Positions 1-12,185 of a stretch of DNA of 64,000 nucleotides are shown here, one piece after another. The stretch lies in assembly GCF_009834535.1 (NCBI RefSeq), contig NC_045697.1, forward strand, positions 75,394,001-75,458,000, written 5' to 3'. How positions within the stretch are numbered: the stretch's first letter is position 1; the number at the start of each line of letters is the position of its first letter. The stretch is from Camelus ferus (taxonomy: Eukaryota). Below the pieces are notes generated by a model. It ran no database searches, was not told the DNA's origin, and saw only the letters and a program-made list of their open reading frames with translations. The translations under genes were made by a program, and so were the position numbers.

Positions 1-400
1 ACCTGGTATCCTATGAATATTTAAACATAGTAAAGTTTCCTAAACAAGAAAAAGGCTTGGAATCAAAAGAAAAGCTGTAAAGGAATGCACCAGTCTTGGG
101 GCAACTAACCCACAGGCCCACAGAACTGCATCACCTACTAAGTTAAGGATATGCCATTTGTAAGATATGAAGTTCACATACAAGTAAGCATTGGAGCTAC
201 TGTGACACAAAACCCAGTTTTAAAAGAAATTGGGAGCCTGTAACATATGAACACTTTTTAAAACCCTAAAACATAAAATAATAAGTTCCCCAATCAAAAT
301 AACAGCAAGTAAATGTATAAAATATATTGGCAAGATGTTATTGTGTGGCTGGGCTATTTATGTTTTGTGTACAGATGCAGGTGGAAAAAAACCTGCCAAA

Positions 401-466
401 TAACAACAATAGCAATAACAACAACAACAACAACATCGACGACAACAACAACAACAACAACAAAAA
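401..466 (+). repeat. Imperfect (CAA)n trinucleotide microsatellite
   Basis: taacaacaatagcaataacaacaacaacaacaacatcgacgacaacaacaacaacaacaac seen directly. Confidence 0.95.
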
Positions 467-3400
467 ACAGAGGAAGGGTCTAAAGGGCAGTTCTTTCATT
501 GAAAATATCGAAGTATGCTGGACGGAACATCTTTATGGCTTCCTTCTATCGATAAGTTACTTCTAGTTTGGGGTCTCCCTTTGGCCGGACCCTCTGACCA
601 GGGTTAGATAAACTCTCATTTGACACTTGAGACATTTGCTGGTGAGAAGTCTCACCTCTTGTCTCTTTACTTACTTTCCTATTTTCCCCACCTTTCTCTT
701 AATTACCTTATATTTCATTCCTTTCCTCCATCAAGGCTTTCAGTCTGTAAGGCTGAACATCAAACCAGGGCAGATAGCCTTTTAATAAGCTTCTTATAAA
801 AATTGTTTGCCTAAATACAAGTTAAATTTTGGACAAATTTGGATTTTCCTATAGTTTAAAATTAGGAAGCCACTGGTCGAGTCTCAGAGATCTTTTGCTG
901 TGTAGAGATTTCTGCTCTATCCATGGTTATTGGATTTGACCCTTGGTGTTGTGTTCCAAAAGAGGCCAAATTTGGAAAACCTTGGTGCATATATATAAAA
1001 TACCAATGCTTCTGCACTAACTACAGGAAGCAGTTACAAAAATATTTCCACAGTGATTGGATCCACGTGATTTTGATACAGGCTCACTTAAAGTTTGATT
1101 TCCTGAAAAAAAAGACTGAGGCCCACAGAGGCTCACTTTTCCCTGAGAGGCCTGTGTGTTTATAATGTATCAGAAAAACTACATAGTAGAAATAAAACAT
1201 TTCCTATTTTGAGTCTTTTATAATCTCCTACAAATCTTCAGGGCAATGCTAAACTGAAATCTTGATCTTAGGGAACAAAGTGTCTCAATGGAAAATATCA
1301 AAATATAGCTAGGTGTAATAATTTAAGGGAAATTGGGTTTTCATTTGGTGAAAGAATATCTCTTCTTTTCTATCTCTTAATGTTGTATTTTGTTGCCCTT
1401 TGTTTGGAATTACTATAATGATGACCCATTTACCATATTTTAAATACATTCTGTGTTAGGGACTGTATGTACTATCCAGGCAACAAACTCAAGGATAAAA
1501 AAGCATATGGCAAACATATGCTGGTGTTATACGTGATGGCAGCTTCACAAAATGAGAAGTAACGTATACGTGAGCTGAGCAGATGAAGTGACTAATGGTA
1601 CATACCATCTAGGCATTCAAGGCTTTTGCTCTTTGTTTCTTCTACTGGTTGTCAAAATGTTCACATAAGCCCCCATTGCATTTAGAAATACATTAATATT
1701 TAGACATTAAGTCAAACACATTTTTTATTAGAAAAGGACTACTCCTTTAGAATGTAAACAAAAATTTACAATTTTGCTTTTTGCATGAGGTTTTCTTAGA
1801 TATAAATAATAACCATAACTGTTTTTAGAATTAATCCTTTCACAAAACAAAGATATCTTCTCAAAAGTAAATTGGTTTGAAAGAAACAAAGAGTACTCAG
1901 TTAGAAAACCAATATATGAAACAGTCATTTAATCATACCTTCCTAGAACTAAAACAAAACAAAACAAAACTTCACTATGTAAGAGAATCCTTTTCATTTC
2001 AATGTCAAGCTTTATTTAACAGCATTAAGAGGTACTGGAATACCATCTTGTTTTCAAATAGTCACATCAACCTATTTCTTAGATCTGAAGGAAACAGAAA
2101 AACTTACGTTAGATTTGTTTTACTTAATTTTTGCTCTCTTTTGAAATCTGAAAATTTTTTACCTTTTTCAATTTGAGCAAAAAACTCAAAACAGAGGAAT
2201 TGGAGTAAAAGAGATCTCCTGGAATATTTGTGCATCTTCAATGAATTTGAATGAAACTAAAACTCTATTTCTGAAACTCCAACAGAAAAAAATAATGTAA
2301 ATACTTACACATCCAAGAATCACAAAAGCACTCAAAATATTAATTACAGATATATTTAGCATATTTAGTCATTTCTAACACGTGACCATGAATTAGGAAT
2401 ATGCATATGTACACAGACACATATGTAAAAAGATATGTTAACACTTAAATTACCATTATTAGAACTGAAAACACTGCTTTGACATAAAAGCACAAAAAAA
2501 TTATGTATTCCAGTATTTACTTGGAGAAATTTCTGATACAATTTTTTTCACGTTTGTTTAGGACAATGTTACTGCCTCGTAAGTTCCTACATGAAGTATT
2601 GTGACTTAACTTATCTAATTGCAACTTGACACTTTAATCAATCTTCCAAAGTGATATCAGGGTATGACTGTGTCCTGCTGAAACAGTTCCCCGTTTTCTG
2701 AGGATGAAATTCAAGTTGCTGGAGCACACCACTCATGGGTTCTTATCATCTCACTTCTGCCAACATCTTTTCTTATTTCCTGTCATGCCCTTTCCTTACC
2801 TATTTCCTGTCGTCCAAATGATCGTTGTCACTCATATTTCTATGTGTTTCATGTGTTTATTTGTCTACATGTCATTTCCTTAACCTAAAATATTCTTTCT
2901 CCCCATATTAACCAAACTGAATCCTCATAATATTTCAAGGTTCAATGCAAAAATCACTCCTCCTAGAAGTCTTTATGGACCACTTCTCCCTTCCTCTACT
3001 CAAATGTCCATTTCCAATTACCAGCTCCCTCACTGATGTACACATAGCAAACTTCAAAACACAAAAAGCCAACAGACTGCAACACAGAAAAATTATCTGC
3101 TGACCTGAATTAGTCATTACCTAATGCAAATCTGTCTTTGCTTTGGCTATCTTCTTGGACTACCCAACATGTACATGTACACATATACACCCCCCCTACA
3201 CACACACACGCACAAACACAAATGTGACACTAGCACCGGTATCAGAGGCCCCATAAGGACCAAAGACCAGCAGGTGAGCACTAGCTACAACTGTCCCTGT
3301 TTCCACCATCTGTTAGCATCCCCACCCTTACTTTCACCACAAAGATAAGGTTATTTCATTCTGGCTTCCTTGGGTTACTATCTACTCTGCTTACTTATGG

Positions 3401-4172
3401 CCCCCTTTATGGAGGTGATATTCTATGATTAATCTACAATCATCCTTTTTTACCACTGAGTCTTAAAATCTCTTACAAACACCACCCCAATTACTTTGGT
3501 ATGGTTAGAATCACTACAACCCCTACTTTCCTTGTGAGAATCATTCATATACTACTTCATGATCATCAAGGTGGCTCAAATCACTTTCTAAACATAGTTA
3601 TGCATTAATTAGCTAGGATCACACATAGTGAAGTCTGATGCTACACATTCTGCTGCTAATCCACATCTACTTTAGGTTCTGGAGCTTCAACCAAGTTCTG
3701 GCTTTAAATTAGACTAGAAGGAGCAGAACGGCTGCCTTTCAATGTCAAGCTCACCATTTAGCCAAAAAGAATCCCCATTTTATAAAACTGCCGTCTGATT
3801 ATTTGAGAATTAGATGCAAGAATTAGGTTCCACCCGGAAAGAAGAAAATCCTTAACCAGGAGCGACAATAATTTTCAACCCTGAAAGATCCAACATGGTT
3901 TCAAGGTAAATAATGCATTTTCACAGGCACACAGAATTAGCCGGAGGCCCCTGCTGTGCTTTGCATGCAGTTTCAGTGGCGAAAAAAGAGGTCGTCTGAG
4001 GTCCACCTGTGTCAGCATCAGGCCACACATGCCCTTCCAGACAATGCGTGTCAGTGCTGACGTGCTTCCCGGGCCTGGCCCAGCTCCTCTTGTGGCCTGG
4101 AGTCAGACTGGCATCCCAGCTGAAGGTTTAACAAGTGCAGGGAAGGGGATCTAAGCATTTGGAAGCACTTAC

Positions 4173-4208
4173 TTGGATTTTGTTCGTGGAGCAAAGCGCT
4201 CTATTACT
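4173..4208 (-). CDS. Candidate 36-nt cassette exon of an unidentified minus-strand gene (phase 0 SNRALCSTNKIQ or phase 2 xVIERFAPRTKSx)
   Basis: Minus strand reads cattcctccctttccag|AGTAATAGAGCGCTTTGCTCCACGAACAAAATCCAA|gtaagtgc: strong acceptor and donor, length divisible by 3, two open frames, non-repeat CpG-retaining flanks. Confidence 0.45.
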
Positions 4209-4795
4209 CTGGAAAGGGAGGAATGTGTCTTGTTTTTAGATAGCAAAGTGTTGGGATGCCAAAGACTAGAATGTGAAATGGAAAAAAAAGATGAATGCTG
4301 AGAAGAGAGTCAGTTTTCAGTGCCTGCTAAATAGAAATGAATGTGATCATCCTCTTGTGTTTTCCATTTTGCTTTTGAGACTGACAGAAGCTTTTTCGGT
4401 TAAGGAGGGATCTATGTAAGTGAGCCAAAAATTGAGTATTTTTGTTATGGAGGAGCTGAAAATTACTTTGTCATTGTATTGTGTCATAAACCGATAGAAA
4501 TTTTATGTTAGCGCAGACTGATTTTTTTTTTTCTGTTCAGGATTGAGTTTTCTTTGTAATCATTAAAAATGTAAAGGCAGACGGACCAGAAATAATAATT
4601 AATTAAATAACTTCACTTTCCTTCCCCACATTAACCTTGCCAACCTTTAATCAACAGTTTTCCCTGCCCACAAAATCCATAGAGATCTCCCTGAATTGGG
4701 TTTATTCACAGTGCAAAGATGCTTTATGAAAGGCACAGCATTGGGTCTATGCTGATTAAAATAACCTTCCTAAGTTTTAATCTTTTAAAGATTCC

Positions 4796-4910
4796 AAAAG
4801 AAAGAGAGAAAGAGAGAAAGAGAGAAAGAAAGGAAGGAAGGAAGGAAGGAAGGAAGGAAGGAAGGAAGGAAGGAAGGAAGGAAGGAAGGAAGGAAGGAAG
4901 GAAGGAAGAA
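4796..4910 (+). repeat. Polypurine tract with (GAAG)n tetranucleotide microsatellite
   Basis: 115 bp containing only A and G, including a long perfect GAAG array. Confidence 0.97.
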
Positions 4911-6798
4911 TTGGATGTATAAAGGATAATTTGAATATCTGGAAATCACACAAAAGGAAAATAACTTTAATTGCCTTTAGAAAGGATGGTTAAATTGTAT
5001 TTAGAAAGGATGATTTTCACCTGTGGTAATCTTTATATGTCACTTATACACCCACTCAATGTATACTCCCTGATTATTTTACACATTGGAAGTAAATTTG
5101 GAAATGTTTTAAAGAAAAGACTAAAGAATTATCTAATCTTCCCTAGAATTTTAGAACGTCACCATCATTACAGTTCTCCACATGATTTTATAACTTTATT
5201 TTCATCATTCACTTTTTTTCCCCTTCTTCCCTGCAAGTAGAATCAGATAAGCGGGCAGGTATGGGGCAGTGATGCACATAGTGATAGTGGTAGGTTTAAG
5301 ATGAATAATCATGGAAAGCTGTGGAGGACAGCAATTCTCTTTCTGACCATGCTGATCCTCAACCAGCAGAGTGCCAGACAGAAGTAAAACATGAGTACAC
5401 TTGGAAGGAATAAGCCACATTTTTGGACCATATTTCCTTTAGTTAAGTTTCGTCTTCTCACTACTGCCACAGAGATAATTAGTGCAACTGGCTTTACAAA
5501 TAAGGAAACCATGCCCCAGAATCAGCAAAAGTCATACAGCAGTTAGGAGCTAAGACTCAATTCCCTGTGCGTTTTCTGTTATGCCACGTTTTCTCATTAT
5601 TCCATGTTTTTCTTAAGGACGGAACCATGACATTGTAATGAAAGTCAATGGTTTGGAAGAAAGCTTCTACTGTTCAAATCTGGAATGTTCTCTCAGAGTA
5701 ACAATTGAATCCAGAATATTCTCACAGCGACAACTGAAATCCATAATATCCACTGAGAGCAACAGATCAAAACTCAGTAAAAAGGCCTCTCAGTGTGATC
5801 TTGTCCCAAAGACCTCTGAGCTATCTGGACGAAGTACACACACGGAAAGAGCTTATCTGAGACCTGCTAACCAAGTATCAGGGCAGTTCAAAGAGAGCAC
5901 CCAACAGCGGATACTTTCAAAGAGTGAAATGGGTTCTGCAGACAAAAGGTGGCACTATTATTCCCTCTTCCCCTCATTTTCTCAACCTTGGTCCCAGTTG
6001 TCTTCTTTCCAGCATTACTACGAAAAGGATCCTTTAGGGACCATGATATGATGGCCCTGATGCTGAGGCTCTGATCTAGTGAAAATGCAGAGGTCAGGCT
6101 GGGTTTCTGCATTGCTAACATTCAAACAAAAGGGACATGGTGCACCAGCTGCATCCACTCTGCTTTCTAATCATAGCCCATGCCCCTTGCACTCCTGACA
6201 GGGCCTGTTCCTCACTGCTCCATCTCCTCTTGTCATTATCAAAATGCTGAGTTTACTTCTCATTGGCTCATTTCCTCATTAGATCTGCTTTTGGAATGAG
6301 TATCCAACCATTATTGATCCACCTACTTTTCCTTGCTTGGAGAGGTTTGTTTTAATAATACTAAGAATTTAAAGTCTCTTGCAGCTAGGTCTTGTTGATC
6401 CATACAACAGTACTCAAACTGTTTCCTCAGGACAGAACACGCTAAGCCAAAACACATTCAGTGTAGCTCTAATCACAACAATATTCTTTAAAAATATCTT
6501 CCATCTGAACTTATGTAAAAGTAGAAATAGATCAATTACCTAATTTTGTTTGCAAATTATGCAAACAAAATGTGGCATCCAAGTTGCTATAAGAATAAGG
6601 AAACAATCAAAGATCAGTAAGTATCTAAACAATGAAGAGACCCTCTCAGGTAACTATCTCCAATAAGCCTTTTTTCTTTCCTCACTAAATGCCAATCATA
6701 TGTCTAAAATCCACCCCACCGGTGCAAAACAGAGACATTCACAGCAGCTGCAGGAAGTGTTTTGTACTATTGGAGGACAGAAGAACTTTAGGATGGTT

Positions 6799-7233
6799 TG
6801 TACTAATGTCAACATAATTAAGCTAGAACTAAGTTTCCCAGAATCCCTTCCCTGTCTGTTTCTGGTGTAGACATGGTCAAAAGAGAAGTCCATGTGAGAT
6901 TTGGAAGGCTGAAGTGAAGCTGCACATGGGAAGCTGTGGTCAGCGTGGGCACCGGGTATCCCTGGAGGTTGTGAACATCATCACTGATCTGCCGGGTCCA
7001 ACATGTCCCCTCATGTTCTAGTTTTTCATTCTCCTCTGCTTTGGGTCCAGCTTTTCTTTCCAGCAGCTGGTCTATGGCAACTTCAGACCACTACCCGACA
7101 GAGAGGCAGCAGCCTCACAGAAATTTCTTCACCAGCTGCCACACTGCATGATGTCTATTCCCTATAACAAATTCCTTATTCCAAAAACCACTTGGAGTGG
7201 TTCCACTTCCCTTATTGACTGCTGACTGACACA
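6799..7233 (+). mobile_element. ERVL solo LTR, LTR41-like
   Basis: TG...CA ends (tgtactaatg...ctgactgacaca); internal aactaagtttcccagaatcccttccctg and gagatttggaaggctgaagtgaagc match remembered LTR41 consensus. Confidence 0.7.
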
Positions 7234-7334
7234 GAATCATGCCCAGGGAACAGGGAGGGACTGGACCCTAATCAAGGAACTGGTGATGAGTCTCTGTCTG
7301 AATTTCAGTATCCGTGCCCCAGTGCAGTACCCGT

Positions 7335-7512
7335 CTTTGAAACTTGGCCAGCCCTGTGACTCACTGAAAATGGCAGAAGTGATGTTCCATCACTTTTGAG
7401 GTTAAGTCATAAGAAGCTTGCAAATCCTACCTGGTTCTCTTGAAACTCACTCTGGGAGAAGCGTAATAGAAGTTTGACCACTCTGAGACTACAATGCTGT
7501 GAGAAACCCCAG
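7335..7512 (+). mobile_element. MaLR LTR fragment (MLT1G/H-like)
   Basis: ccctgtgactcac...aatggcagaagtgatg...cataagaagcttg...ctgagactacaatgctgtgagaaaccc, typical of old MLT1. Confidence 0.6.
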
Positions 7513-7779
7513 TGACTTTACTGGTGTCCAAAAAAGGTAGACAAGGCAAACCACGCTCATAATAGAATGGTTCCTGGGTGAACCTCCTCTTGCCGAGAAA
7601 TACAAACTATAACATCACATTCATCCGCACAGGTAATGACCTTGTCTCCCTATTTTCTCATCTCTCTGTACTGTTTCTGGTATACTTGCGTTCAGTCTCT
7701 CTTCACTGCAATGCATTACACACATTATCACTAGGTTTCATTGTCTACAAATATCATGTTTATTATGTCATCTTACTAT

Positions 7780-8225
7780 TAATAAGCCCTTCAAAGGGCC
7801 CCATTATACATGGGGATAAAGTCTAAAATCTTTCATCCATCTTCCATCTCTATTTCCATCTCCATTTCCTACTCACTCCCAGAATGAATTTCTCCACTCT
7901 AGCCAAAGTCATCTCTTAATATCCTTAATTATGCCATTGAATTACCAGTGCCATGTGTCTGGTTGCCCTGCCCCTCAGCAGAAGACTCCCAATCATCCTA
8001 TTCACCTGCATGAATTGTACCCATCTTTCAACGTGCATTTTAAGTCCCACCTCCTCCGTGAAGTTTTCCAGTTTCTCTCGCTTCTCTTTCTCTGACACTT
8101 ATAAAAATCTTACTTATGTTTTTGAGGACATTTTGATACCCTAATTATGTTATAATTATAATGAGGAAAGATACTATGTGTTACTCATCTTCATATTTCT
8201 CCAAAGAAAAGTATTTGTTGGACTG
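7780..8225 (+). mobile_element. L2 LINE 3' fragment
   Basis: ggataaagtctaaaatc, cccacctcctccgtgaag and a degenerate gtatttgttg tail. Confidence 0.5.
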
Positions 8226-8779
8226 GCAGATTTATTTTTCCTTTTTTATGTTCTTCAAATAATGTAATTTAAGAGAAAATAAATTGTCCCAACCATGTTG
8301 AAGCAATCGTACTGACAGCTTTCAATGAAATTTTCAGCAAAAGTATCACTAGCTCTGGTGTTCACACTCAAAAGGTGACTATGGAACAATTTTACCTAAT
8401 CTTTATAAGCATGGATATCTCCTTTTAATTAAAATATTATGAACTCCTCTCATGTTAGTGACTGTACTTTTGACACAATACATAAGAAAAAGCTACTCTG
8501 CATTCCATGTTACTTTTAAATGTTTCTATTTTATTAACCCCAGCAACATGCAAATAAAATTAAAAATCATTACAAATCTCTTCTGCCTATGATATTTATT
8601 TAGTCTATAGTTAATGACTGACATAAATATAGATTTTAAGGCACCTTGCAATAACCCAATGTCTCCTACTTTTCCACTCTTCTACTCTACTTTTGACATC
8701 CCCTTAAGGGATTACTTTGGAAGAATCATCACTGTTTAAATGTCACTCTAGAAAAGTTCAGTTTGGTTTGGCAAGACCC

Positions 8780-9060
8780 CCAGATGCTCAGAAATAGAGG
8801 AATGATTAGGTGACTTATAATATGTCCATTCAATTAATGCTATGGGAACAAAAATATCACATTAAAATATTATAATAACAGAAAATTATTTTCATAATGT
8901 TCCATAAAAATTATACATAGCGTATGAACACAGGTACACAAAAAATATGCATGAGAGAAATAAGTATTACCTTCTCTGTATTTCCATAGTGATAGTATGG
9001 GCGCTTACTTTTTAATCTGTAGTTTGTAAAGTTCTATAATAATACATATTATGGTTTTAC
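8780..9060 (+). mobile_element. Old L1 (L1ME-like) 3' fragment
   Basis: aatagaggaatgattagg...tatgtccattcaatta and an AT-rich L1ME-type 3' UTR. Confidence 0.4.
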
Positions 9061-9359
9061 TGGTGAAAACTAAAAGTAACATATTTAATTTCTTAGAGGT
9101 CAGAAATATTACTTAAATATTCTTTGCGTTGTAGCTCCACCAAGATCAATAATCATAGTCCCAGAAACTATTCATTCATTTAGACCTAATTCACCATTGA
9201 ATAAAATGTACTCACTAAACGTACTGCTTTATCAATTAAGTAATACTTTAAAAAAGGCTATATTGCACACAATATGTTAAGCACCAGGAACTTTCAGCTT
9301 TGTATTCTGTGATTTTTGTGAACAAGCCTGTGTTCCACCTAGCCATAGTCTTGACAATT

Positions 9360-10030
9360 TTAAGGCTTTGATCATGTTCCCTCTTTGCTTTCATGTTTCT
9401 AGCCTACACCATCCTAATTTCTTGAATCAAAATTCATATAGAAAGCCCTTGATCATTTTACTTATGGTTCTCTGGGACTCTTCCAGTCCTATTTTGTCTG
9501 AGGAGTGGTGACCTGCAGAATACACAGTCTTCTAGTTCTTACACAGTTGTAAGATGATGTTTTCTGATTTGTTTCCAATTTTTCTTCATGAGGCAGGCCA
9601 CTGGGTTGGTGCCTTGGGGAGCAGACTGCAGTCATTCCTAGGTCACTTTCCTGAATTATAACCAACACCTTGAAGCCATCAGTTCTACGCAGTTTTTTTT
9701 CCCTTTAAATAGATCTCTTACCTATACATACACATTAAAGCTCATCTGTCAGATTTTTTATATCACATAAGTGAGAATTTATCCATAAGTTTATTTCCAT
9801 GAGCCTCACATCTTTTAGTCAAAATAGCTTGATATTAACTTCAGTGAAGATTTTATTATTCAGACAATTTACTAAAAGGTTAATAATAATAATAAAAGCA
9901 ATCTCTAAAGGCTCTCCCCACTACCATCCTCCAGTTAGAAAAGTGCTTATTTACTCCTGCCCTTTGTTTCCTGGCTCTAACTACTTAACCCACAATAAAA
10001 AACATTTTCCCCAATGCCATGGTAACTATT
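9360..10030 (-). mobile_element. L3/CR1 LINE fragment
   Basis: cccttgatcatttt...ttctctgggactcttccag...gaatacacagtcttctag is the reverse complement of the CR1 RT 3' region. Confidence 0.55.
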
Positions 10031-10609
10031 GAAAAAGTTTCCTCTGTCATTTTGTCTTTTATCTAATAGTTTATTTTTACAGTGAGTATTGAAGTAATCT
10101 GACCATGTATTACAGATGCTAACAACTTATCATGCACCCTACCGAGAGTCATTTTTTATGTTCTTCTACTGAAAGCACTCAAATCCAAGGGACGCCAACT
10201 GAGACACTTTCATTGGCATCTTACGTTTGATTATTAGAAAGCCTTTTCACCCATAACACAGCATGTTCTGAATCTCAGGGTTTCTGGAATGAATTAAAGT
10301 ACATTGGAATGAAATTCCTTCTCAACTTTCTTCTTACGGCTGACTTTTTCTTTGTTTGTTTGTTTTTTTCTCTAAATAATGAAGTGTAAAGATTGTCTGA
10401 GGTTTAGAAAAGACATAGATGTCAGTATAGATGTAGTTATAGATATAAAAAAATTAGAGAGGAAATATTTTTTCTAAGTCAATATTCAATTAAATTCCAT
10501 CAAGTCTATGATCAAAATAACCTTCATTCACCATGTAATAAGAAAGGGACAGTCCTAGTTCTACATTTGACTCTTTAAAAATTAAGAAGATATTTATATT
10601 TTAAAAAGT

Positions 10610-11336
10610 CAGTGTTGACCTTTATGTAGTACCTTACACAAAAAATAACCTTAGATGTATCATAGAGCTAAATGTAGAACCTAAAATTATTAAATTTCTA
10701 AGTCAAACACAAGAGAAAAAACTCTTCGTGGACTTGGATTAGGTGGAGATTTCTCAGGGCAAAAAAGAAGTAAACACAAAAGACAGAATATGGGAATTTA
10801 TTAAAATTGAAAACTTTCATACTTCAAAACATATTGTGAAGAAAAAGAAAAGGTAAGACTCAAACTGAGAGAAAATATTTGCAAGATATATACTTGATAA
10901 AGAACTGTATCTAGAATATACAGAACTATTACAGCTCACTAATAAAATAATCCAACTTTTAAAAAATGAGCAAAATATCTCAATAGACATCTCACAAAAA
11001 AAAAAGATGGCAAATTAGCCATAAAAAGATTCTTAACAGCAGTATTTATTAGGTAAATGCAAATGATAACCACAATTGGGTATTACTATTCCCTAGGATG
11101 GCTGAAATTTTGAAAGACTAAACATACCAAGTAGTGGCCTCTATGTGGAGCCAATGGAATTCTCGTACACTGTTGATGGAAATGCAAAATGGTAGAGCCA
11201 CTTTGGGGGAATGTGGCAGTTTCTTATAAAGTTGAATATACTTAACTTACCATGTGACCCCCAAATCTCACTTCTAGGTGTTTTTACCCAAAAGACGTAA
11301 AAATGTATGCCCACACAGAGACCTACGCACAGATAC
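10610..11336 (+). mobile_element. L1 (L1MB/L1MC-like) ORF2 3' region, truncated at MLT1 insertion
   Basis: gagaaaatatttgcaa, aatagacatctcacaaaa, gatggaaatgcaaaatggtagagccactttgg, accatgtgacccc...cacttctaggt. Confidence 0.9.
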
Positions 11337-11414
11337 TGTATTAGTCTGCTCAGGTTACTACAACAAAATGTCACAGACAGGATGGCTTAAACAACAGAAA
11401 TTTAGTTCTCACAG
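11337..11414 (-). mobile_element. MLT1A-like LTR 3' end fragment, inverted
   Basis: tgtattagtctgctcagg...ggcttaaacaacagaaatttagttctcacag is the reverse complement of the MLT1A 3' end. Confidence 0.85.
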
Positions 11415-11696
11415 ATGGGACCTTTGGGAAGCAATCAGGTTTAGATGAGGTCCTAAGAGTGAAGCCCTCATAATGGTATTGGTGCCCTTATAAGAAGAGA
11501 GACCAGAGAGGTTGCTCCCTCTCTCTCTCCACCATGTGAGGCCACAGCTAGAAGGTGGACATCTGAAGGCCAGGAAGAGAGCCCTCACCAGGGAACCGCA
11601 CTGGCTACTCTCCAGCCCCCACAACTGTGAGAAATAAACCCCTACTGTTTAACTGTCCAGTCTGTTGTGCTTTACAATGGCAGCCTGAGCTGACTA
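11415..11696 (+). mobile_element. MLT1A0-like LTR, 5'-truncated
   Basis: ggtttagatgaggtc...gcccttataagaagaga...ccatgtgagg...gagagccctcaccag...ctgtgagaaataaa...gcagcctgagctgacta. Confidence 0.85.
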
Positions 11697-12004
11697 CCAG
11701 AGCCCTTCAGCTTTTAGAGTGTCAGTAACTCTCAGGGGACTCAGAGGGCTGCGGCAGTGATCAAACACCTTGACTCAGGACCTGACCTTCTGTAACGGAC
11801 ATTAAACTATGTTAACAAATACACTGGGGCCAGGACATGTTCTCATTAGAAGACCAGGCTAGAATGGTAAACATTAGAAATCATCAACTCCTGAACATAT
11901 TTGATGGAAAGGTGTCCAGCACAGGGTAGAGAGATGGGAGTGGTAGGGGGTGGGGGACGGTAATTTTATTTTGTACACCACATTAGACAGCTTGATACTT
12001 GGGA

Positions 12005-12185
12005 AAATACATGGCCTTTGGAGAAAAGCAAACCTGGATTCAAATCCGGCCCTTTCTCTTATAAGCTGTGTGGTCTTGAGCAAGTTATTTCAACTCTGAA
12101 CCTCAATCTCCTCACCTATAAAATGGAGATAACAAGCAATCCCTACTTCAGGAGTTATTATGAGCATTAAATGTGATTATATATA
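12005..12185 (+). mobile_element. MIR SINE
   Basis: cctggattcaaatcc...gctgtgtggtcttgagcaagtta...cctcaatctcctcacctataaaatggagata core. Confidence 0.85.

Noticed and set aside
3..39. Possible 37-nt minus-strand exon (ETLLCLNIHRIP) after ctttttcttgtttag
   Set aside because: Donor context runs off the window edge and the peptide is unrecognised; cannot be evaluated
327..566. 79-aa ORF with poly-Asn
   Set aside because: Artefact of the (CAA)n microsatellite; non-ATG start and no splice or homology support
4719..4922. ORF with (KEGR)n repeat
   Set aside because: Translation of the (GAAG)n microsatellite
5638..6051. 137-aa plus-strand ORF
   Set aside because: No recognisable domain or splice context; a length plausible by chance in 64 kb
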